From NCBI GenBank assembly GCA_900617105.1, contig UYFQ01000340.1, positions 62,001-88,558 on the forward strand: a stretch of 26,558 nt of DNA, given 5' to 3'. The notes beneath the pieces are model-generated. The model worked only from the letters and a program-made list of their open reading frames with translations. It was not told the origin of the DNA and made no database searches. Both the position numbers and the translations under genes were made by a program. This DNA comes from Hydrurus foetidus (Eukaryota). Positions 13,099 through 21,039 of this stretch are shown here, in pieces; within the stretch, counting starts at the first letter, position 1, and every line of letters begins with the position of its first letter.

Positions 13099-16000
13099 AT
13101 GACATTTTTTGGAAGCTTCCACTTCTCTGATACACTTCTGAGAACATGTTCGAAAGCGATTGCGATTATGGTGGTCAGATTTCGCCCTACAGCACCGGTC
13201 TTTCATACTGCAGCATCTATTGCAGAAGTTCTCCAGAAGTTGGAACAAGGCAATCGATCGTCTCTATTTGCGGATGCTGATAGCATTAAGCTTGGACTCA
13301 TGAATCCTACCATTCGGAGAGCAATCATGAAGAGACATCCTAATCGGTTCACTTTCCAGAGATGCAAAAGAAAAGAAAGCACAATTGGGAGTGGTGCAAA
13401 CATGTTTCAAAGTGGGTATCAGATAAAGTTCATGGAGAGTGAGACTGCAATTATCTGCGAGTCACTCGTGGACACCATTACTGCAGTGCGGGTGCTTACC
13501 GATAAGATTTTGCAGGACTGCGCAATCAGCGTTTCTCCACCGAGTGCGAAGAAATCAAATACAAATACTGTCAGTCCTGCTGCATTAGCTCAGGCGTCAA
13601 TCGCCAAAGTGTTATCGACACCGAAATCAGCACCAAAGGACGCAAGTGAAAAAAGTAGAAGGACAATTAAGATGCTTCGTGCAACACTTTCTTACATAAG
13701 GAAAAAGGAAAACAAAAGAAATGAGGAGCCAACAATCAATGTAGAAAAAATTTCAATGGTGGAGAAGCTGACACAACTTGTTGCAGAGGCTGGAGTGTTC
13801 ACAGAAATGATCAATGGGAAAGAGACATTGTCGATACTTACGGGCTTACTTATTCAAGACTTAAGATCTAACTGTGGTTGCTCGCTAACTAAAATGCCCA
13901 TAATAATCTCCACTGTACTTACTATGTTCTTCGGTCTTGTGGACGTTGAATCCTTCACCAGTCTTTTACGGTCTAGTGATACCTACTCACTCGCCAGTGA
14001 GAGGACAGCTGAACTAGTGATTTATAACGGGAAAAGGAGATTCATAGATCGATTAGCTGAAGATGCAATTCTAAATGCATATTTAATACTCGATGCTTCA
14101 AATAAAAAAACAAAGGATTGGTAGCAAAACCAATAAACTATGTCTCAAATGATGGAGTGGTAAGGTTAGGATCTTTGCAGATTGATAACACAGGTTAGTA
14201 GCACAGACGCCTATTCGCATATATATCAATTCACAAATGTTTGATTTCATTTTATTTAACATGGTGTTCACATGAATGTCAATGTAACAGTCACGAAGAA
14301 GGCTGCAGGGAGCTCACTACTTACCATAGAGAGTTTACAACAGGAGCTAGGCGATGGAGTTGTCTTCATCTTCGGTGGAATTACCGACGCATTTGGAGCT
14401 GCACAAGATGAGATGATATCGGTAATGAGATACATCGATAATCATGCGAAGGTGGTAAGCGAAATAGTACCCGGTATACTGATTAGAAAAAGCAAGATTG
14501 ACGGACTATTTTATGATCACTCTGGTACTTTTAGAGAGGCATGTACACGAACATGTCAGATGCACAACTTCGAACGAGTGTTGGTGAGTCTATTTGATGT
14601 ACTCATGGGTAGTCAGGGATTAAACTACGATATGACATCAGCACAAAACTTATACAGACTAAACTACTATTGGGTGAAGTTTAAGGCTATGGTTGAGGCA
14701 TTAACTACACAGTCAGTGGGGGGAGATCCAAATTATTTCAAGAAAGCGCCGAAGGAAATACGCAATCTTATAGGTGAGATAGCAAGAACAAGATGGTTAT
14801 CAACTGAGCGCACAACAGAGAGATTGATCAGCTTACTAAGGGTAGAGGCTACTGAAGAATTTACAAATTTTATCAAGCCCTATCTAGGTAATGAAGATTC
14901 TGACAATTGGAAAGCAGCAATGAAGTACTGTGTCTGCATTGACAGTACTCACCTATCTCAATTTATGCTCACGTTCTGGTATCTGGCGAATCATACACCT
15001 GGTGGCAAAAAGGGAGAGGGATTAGTGGGGTGCATGAAAGTTCTTGGATTTCTGGGGAGTCCTTACCAGAGAGTTTCTATATTCATCGTTGCGTCTTTAT
15101 ATCCTATCCATCTCGATTGGGTGAAATTCTCGGATAGAGTGTCTGAAATTGGTATAGCAGCAAAAGCTATTAGTACTCGATCAATCGAAAATGTTTTATT
15201 TGAAAGACACTTCGTTGAATGCATATTGTGTCTTAGTACGGATTGGAGGAAAGTTTTACCAGATGCAAATGAATTTTTGATATCAGAAACATCTAGGGCA
15301 AAGGCATTAGGTCTTATAGATGATGAAAAAGTTATGGTGGATTACTTTGATGCGCAGATGAAAATGGGTACAGAGCCAATGATGGAAGTGACGAAAAAGT
15401 ACTTCATTATTCCTGGTCTACGGATAGGATGGTCTATACTACAGGTTGTTGATCCTTATGTGGGACCTGCAGCAGCTGCTGCAATACTATGTGCATTACG
15501 TAAGCTAGGACACATTAATGAGGACGACAGTAGCTGCTCAGATGATATACTGCTCTTACCGGACACTGACATACTTGGTGGACCCTGGACCTCATCTTCC
15601 GAAACTCATGCAGCACCTAATATTAGTATGCGAAAGTATCAGGATATGATAATAGAAGGATACACAGCCGCAACAACGACTGTGTCGCAATCAGTGGTTA
15701 AAGCGTATGCATTATCAAACACTATGATAGTTAATGAGCTTAAACTTATCGCAAAAGGAAATCTAAAAACTACACTGATAGAACACGGGAAGTGGCCAAT
15801 TGATAGACACCTAAAGAACTACTGGGACCTATTCAAAGAGAAGTATCCTGCATTAGAAGACACTCTTACGACAAATTTCGAATCGCGATCTATAACAGGA
15901 ACAGCTGCAGAACAGACATTCAGTCTTACAGGAACACAAGTAAGTGCAAATAATGCTGCATGCACTAACGCGAAAAATATGAGACATGCATCGGACATCA

Positions 16001-16557
16001 AAGGCGCAATACTAAGGGACATAAAAGATTTTAGAGCAACACACATAGAAGGCACTAGACATCGTTTATTGAGGGAGAAAAATTCAATACACGTTTACCT
16101 GTCGGAACTGGTTAAAAAGGGTAAAGCATTGGCTAGCTGTGCCATCAGAGACGGTGTCGTAGCGATTCCTACAAAAAGAGACATAAGAGGAGGAGGGAAA
16201 AAAAGTGCGGAATTAATTGCGTCATTACCACATTCTGTGAATGAAATGGATGCTAACGCTAAGAAGGAGTCAAGTATGGCAGGTAGTGATGCCCTGCACA
16301 AAGCAATAATGGACTCAAGTGATGCGAAATTAAACGGATGGGATAATATGCCAGAACAAAAAATTGATCCACTCATTGAGTCAGCCAGGAAACTAACAAT
16401 AGCCGCGATAAGAGAAAAATTATTGGAGTACTACCAAAATGATGCATTACTTATCAAAGTAATAAAGAAACTCAAAAAAGGTGATAATGATGTGGAGGAT
16501 TGCCTGGTGAAGAAAATTGTAGAGTATTGGAGGGAAAACAGTATTATTCCTGTTTAA
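13099..16557 (+). CDS. Divergent hAT-superfamily-like DDE transposase, about 1,100 aa (start at ATG 13099 or 13168; exons ..14193 and 14291-16557; 1-nt frameshift in A-run 14104-14110)
   Basis: Adding one A to the A7 run extends ORF 13099-14124 as ILDASNKKNKGLVAKPINYVSNDGVVRLGSLQIDNT. A 97-nt GTTAGT..AACAG intron (14194-14290) then joins it in frame to ORF 14272-16557. Motifs occur in hAT order: D (14092), D in GGITD (14386), CxxH CQMH (14554-14565), TRW (W at 14794), and AAEQTFS resembling hAT ERxFS (E at 15910). Confidence 0.75.
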
Positions 16558-16600
16558 ATTTAATCTCACATATTCATGAATGCAGACCATAAGGTCGGTC

Positions 16601-16720
16601 CCAGTGATTGACAAAATACAGAATACAAAATACAAATTCCTGTGTCCACCAAATGTGAACGTACCATTGTAGTGGAGGCAAAATACAAAAAAAAATATTT
16701 TGTATTTTGTCCATCACTAG
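16601..16720. mobile_element. 120-bp non-autonomous TIR element (hAT-type MITE) with 8-bp TSD
   Basis: Left TIR ccagtgattgacaaaatacagaata matches the right TIR (reverse complement ctagtgatggacaaaatacaaaata). Flanks are ggtcggtc (16593-16600) and gatcggtc (16721-16728). Internal CAAAATAC motifs are repeated. Confidence 0.75.
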
Positions 16721-16880
16721 GATCGGTCTAACGTAGTAAGAAACGACGTAAATATACGAGCTTCACAAGGTACTGAATAATAATACAAAGAGTCTAGCAA
16801 GTAACATAAAATAAAATGCTATCCATCTCTTACTTCATCTCCTACACCTATCCACTCTGCCACAGCGTCATGCATCGCTC

Positions 16881-17016
16881 TCATTTAAGGGTGACGAGCT
16901 GCCAGTGCTTATTGTTTGTGCACTTGCATCTCGCCACCCATTTGCTCTGCAACAGCTTCAATTTAGGTGGCGAGCTGCCAGTGCTTACTTCTCCTGCACT
17001 TGCAGCTCGCCAACCT
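16881..17016. repeat. Two tandem ~76-bp units, each containing a ~51-nt GC-rich hairpin
   Basis: ggtg(a/g)cgagctgccagtgc-N11-gcacttgca(t/g)ctcgcca(c/a)c at 16889-16939 and 16965-17016. Confidence 0.85.
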
Positions 17017-17577
17017 CACTTTTAACCACTATCCAGTAGCTCCTCACCATGTGGAAAATTTTTTGGGGAGGGATTTTAGATTTGCAAGAATTTGGGGGAA
17101 AAAGAAATAAGAGAAAACGCTGCAAATGACCACGCGACATCAGGCCTCAAACGTCAAGTAATAGACAGCTGAGACGAGTTCATGCAAGATGAAACATTCA
17201 TGTATTTTTGAGTCGAAAATTGAGGCACGAGAGGGTCAGACGCTTTTTAATTTTACCTCTTGCAGGCAATCTGACAGTTGCTAAACCTCGTCCATAGTGC
17301 TTCTCGACCGTCTCTTAAACCTGCTGGCCTCAATCGGAGTGTAAGAATGTTGGTGAGGAGCAGAAAAAATGAAGGCATCGCATCGACAACTGTGCTCCGC
17401 GAAATAGGCTTCAAAAGCATGAAAGTCGCAATTTTTTACATCACCATGTAAGGCAGATCAGCCAGAGAACAGCATGCTGCTTGCCAGCTCCAGCGCCAAA
17501 GAATCCATTGTGCTGTGCTGTCAGACAGATTATTGTAGAGTAGGGAATCATGGCGTCTTCGTAAGTTTAGATGATAA

Positions 17578-17841
17578 CAGTCGAAACATACAAAATAAAA
17601 AATCCTCAAAACACGGGTTTTCCGAAAATCCTCGGCCCTTTTGGACCCAAGACCTCGTGTTTTTTTGGATTCCTCGTTTTGAATTCCTCGATCCGAGGGC
17701 TTCAAAACGAGGAATTTGAAAACCTCAAAACTCAAAATTACGAAAAAGTGGCTGGTTCGGTTTAACCGATTTGAGGAATTCTGGAAACCCGTGTTTTGAG
17801 GATTCGAGGATTGAGGTTTCGTTTTTTGTATGTTTCGCATG
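17578..17841. mobile_element. 264-bp TIR element (MITE) with subterminal CCTC/AAAAC repeats and an internal hairpin; TAA on both flanks
   Basis: cagtcgaaacatacaaaa versus reverse complement catgcgaaacatacaaaa. A second inverted block atcctcaaaacacgggttt and an internal hairpin attcctcgttttgaa..ttcaaaacgaggaat (17669-17715) are present. TAA at 17575-17577 and 17842-17844. Confidence 0.75.
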
Positions 17842-18464
17842 TAAGGATTCGTTGGGCGACCCTTTTTGGATGCCTGTCAAAACGACGGTTTTCCGTTTCA
17901 AAACGGCTGAATAGTGAAAAAGCACTGTTTAACACAGGAATCACAGAATAATTCTCCAAATTTTTATCTAAGAATACTATGATGTCAGAAATTAAATTTT
18001 GAGTCGATTGGCTTACTCAGATTTTATCAATTCGCAGTACCGCAGAAGCTATTAATTATTGAAAAAAGGGCTGGTAAGCACCAAGAAGTTATGAGATACC
18101 CACCCACCACGCTCCGTACATTTTCTAAGCACGTACGTTAACAAGAAAACCTGCATCTACTGTAGTACGCACGAGGTTCTGAGAACACGAAAATACAAAT
18201 CCAAATCAAAATACGAAAGTTCAATGAAATCTTGATGTCAGAGTTTATTTAGAGGTACGTATTAGAGAATCTCCATTTGAGTCAGTAAGTCGGACAGACA
18301 ACTGCTCCACTTATCAAGTATCTCATGGATTGGCTGGATTTTCTTGGTATTTGTTGTTGAAGCGTAAGAATGACCAAATAATTCGCGTTGCTGATGTCAA
18401 CTGCTCCAGTTTTGCAGTCGTTGCAGAATAATCGATAAATATCTGTAATACCAGCAGCGCCATT

Positions 18465-19103
18465 ATGAAACTTGATATTCTAAGAATCAGAGCGAAGCGC
18501 CAAATCGAAATGACAAGGGCTATCAGGGCGGGCGATCTGGCTCTTGCAATGGCATGCCACTCTCGACATCCAGAGACGTACCTACTTCAAGACGCACTTG
18601 GATGCACACCAATATTCGTGGCCTGCTCCGAAGGCCATCATGAAATAGTTGATTGGTTGCTATCTCTCGGTGGCAACGATGTTCTGGCGTCCGACAAGAA
18701 CGACTACAACGCCCTTCATGCCGCTGCCAGCCACGGTCACCTAAAAGTAGCCCAAATCTTGCTACGAGAGGGCTTTGCATCACCTGATCAGATTGACCGA
18801 ATTGGATTCCAAGGATTTACTCCGTTCTTCGTGGCTTGCATTTTTAGTTACTTGGAAGTAGCAGCAATTTTACTTGATGCGGGGGCGAATATCAATAAGA
18901 CTGATAGTCAAGGCAACACCGCACTCATGGTAGCCTGCAAAGTTGGGAAATTCGAAACAGTTAAATTCTTAATTTGGCAAGGTGCGGGTGTTTATCAAAC
19001 GAATATTATTGGACTGACCGCCTTGCAGATTGCTGAGAAAAACAGTCACGAAGAGATTGTTAAGTACCTAACAATCAGCGACATTATCATTGTGGAAGAA
19101 TAA
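18465..19103 (+). CDS. Intronless ankyrin-repeat protein, 212 aa (about 5 repeats)
   Basis: Ankyrin consensus units: GCTPIFVACSEGHHEIVDWLL, YNALHAAASHGHLKVAQILL, GFTPFFVACIFSYLEVAAILLDAGANIN, GNTALMVACKVGKFETVKFLIWQGA, GLTALQIAEKNSHEEIVKYL. Confidence 0.9.
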   Translation: MKLDILRIRAKRQIEMTRAIRAGDLALAMACHSRHPETYLLQDALGCTPIFVACSEGHHEIVDWLLSLGGNDVLASDKNDYNALHAAASHGHLKVAQILLREGFASPDQIDRIGFQGFTPFFVACIFSYLEVAAILLDAGANINKTDSQGNTALMVACKVGKFETVKFLIWQGAGVYQTNIIGLTALQIAEKNSHEEIVKYLTISDIIIVEE

Positions 19104-19949
19104 CTCATACACATCTTCTGCACTGCTAAACAATGGGGATCGAAATATTGTTGAGGTCACAACGGAACAGTTGTTTCGGGAATTTTCTTGAAGCACCCTT
19201 GACAAGCACAAAGCGACCAACGTTGTTTTCAGCGGTGCTTTTTGAGCTTTAAAATACGATACTCCTTTTTATTTGTGTTGTGACTTCGACAATACCAGAA
19301 TAGAAATTGGGACAGGGATGAAAAGGGGGAGGGACAAATTGTATTTCATCGATATGTAGTGTACCGTGCCGTACCGTATCGTTACGTACTACTTCTGCGT
19401 GTGAATCTATTTATCTGAATTGCGCTATCGAGCAAAATACAAAAAAATGGACACCACAACTAAAAAGCGCAAAAAATGAAACTAAATAAAGTGAAGTAAA
19501 ACAAAATAGAATAGAAAGAAATTATTTCGAGTAACTGCTATTAGCATCTTTATTCAAATTTAAAGTTGTCACTTCGACTCATCCAAAATGATGATTTCTA
19601 CTACTCTATTTTTTCGGTATTTCTTTCCGTCATGTTTTACAGTTCAGACTGACATTTACTTTTTCCAAAAAATAATTGACAATTGCACACGTGCGTATTT
19701 TCGAAACATTAAAAACTAGCAGTTTTTTGCTTCTTTTTGATATTCAGACGCAAACTATCAAAATTTTCACCATTATTTTTCATCATTATTTTCTACGTTT
19801 TTCATACTTTTTTCCTTATTTTAAATAATTTATTCGTATTTTAAATTTCTGTATTCACTACGCTCGTTTCACACACGTGAACTTTTTGTTTTTCCTAGTT
19901 AAATTATTAAATTTCAGTGTCGCAACAAATTCAATTTTTTGACAAGTAA

Positions 19950-20213
19950 AACACAATACCCGGTGCTTCTAAATTTCGTCAAGAATTTCGATCCAAATAT
20001 CGTATACCGTATTCTGCGTTCTGGCAGTCATGATTACACACACGAAAGTGGTGCGCCAAGGAACGCAGCACAGTATCCATTGAGTCTTATGCAGGCAAGC
20101 CGTGTACCGAATGCCGTTTACGGGATTATATGGAAATGGTGACTGAGGCAATCTATGACAAGTGCTTTCCTGGCTTTCGCGTCAGCCACGCACAGCAAGT
20201 CGTGACAAAATAA
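19950..20213 (+). pseudogene. Possible relic of a PIF/Harbinger-type transposase N-terminus
   Basis: Locally GC-richer 88-codon frame with one internal TGA (20031). It encodes KFRQEFRSKYRIPYSAF, reminiscent of the FRxxFRxxxxxF motif of Harbinger transposases. No catalytic residues are seen. Confidence 0.25.
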
Positions 20214-20473
20214 TTCAGTTTTACCATCTAAAAATAACGATGTGTATGATCATAATAGAAGGAGGAGGGAAGGGAAGACCTAACCTGTCGATTTTTTATT
20301 TCGGTTGTCATGTCATTGCTGCGCCTTTTTGAATTTGTAGAGTGATAAAACAGTCAAAAGGTCCGTAGAACGGTTTTACTTTTACCGATTGAAGCGATTT
20401 TCACTTCTCACCTCTGGTCATTTGCATTGCGCAATACGTGATATTTATTTTATCTTCACGTCGTGCGAAGTAC

Positions 20474-20660
20474 ATTGTAGCTCAAAGCTCCTCATTTATT
20501 CCAGGTCCACGTTTAATCTGGACCCACCCCTCCCTGTACACGACAATAAACTGTACCGTACTGTTTTCAGTACGGTACAATTAATTGTCGTGTATAAGGT
20601 TGGGTCCGGATTAATGTATACCTGGAATAAAAGAGGAGCCTTGAGCTGTAAAGCTACAAT
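20474..20660. mobile_element. Foldback/MITE-like palindromic element, copy 3 (intergenic)
   Basis: Near-perfect hairpin centred on tgtaccgtactg-tttt-cagtacggtaca. Arms gctcctc..tttattccagg..acacgacaa and ttgtcgtgta..cctggaataaa..gaggagcc; close to copy 1 and apparently in the opposite orientation. Confidence 0.82.
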
Positions 20661-21039
20661 CAGTTGCAATTAAACAAAATTGATGCGATTTTCTTTAATT
20701 CGATTATTTAATTAAACCAGCTAGCACAGAATTCAGGCTTCAAGCATCACTCTTATCATGTAATGGTAATCTCAAAAACGAAAACGTCATTAACGATTTC
20801 TTCCGAATATTTCAATTACAATTTTTATCATTGAATTCACACTGTAAGAAAAGAATTAGTGAAATAAATAAATTTTGAAAAATATAACATTTCGATTGAC
20901 CTTTGCCCAACTATCATTTCTGTTTTCTTTTTTACCCTTTTGTTTTTCTTCTAATTCATTTAAATCGTTTATTTTTCTTTTTCTTCTTTCCTCCTTATTT
21001 TCTTCTTCATATTTTCGTCTTATTTACCATCTAATTATC

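Larger units (their letters stand above)
12400..17930 (+). mobile_element. Putative hAT-like DNA transposon region (boundaries not resolved)
   Basis: Contains the transposase; visibly less AT-rich and free of microsatellites compared with host introns. No convincing TIR+TSD pair found, so the limits are approximate. Confidence 0.4.

Noticed and set aside
14101..14124. Programmed -1 ribosomal frameshift in the transposase A-run
   Set aside because: The A_AAA_AAC heptamer is not in the zero-frame register, and similar indels in both directions occur in the host gene, favouring assembly error.
16881..17016. Mini CRISPR-like array
   Set aside because: Only two units, eukaryotic context, and no cas-like or RuvC/TnpB-like ORF recognisable in the window.
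12907..17927. CAGTGCTTT (12907) / AAAGCACTG (17919-17927) as candidate TIRs enclosing the transposase
   Set aside because: Only 9 bp match, and the 8-bp flanks (ctacagtg vs tttaacac) do not form a TSD.
12859..18025. Inverted match AAAATCTGAGT..GCCA on either side of the transposase
   Set aside because: Short and AT-rich, does not extend outward, and has no TSD; insufficient to define ends.
19313..19323. CAGGGATGAAA, identical to the maize Ac/Ds 11-bp TIR
   Set aside because: It points away from the transposase and I found no inverted partner or TSD; probably chance.
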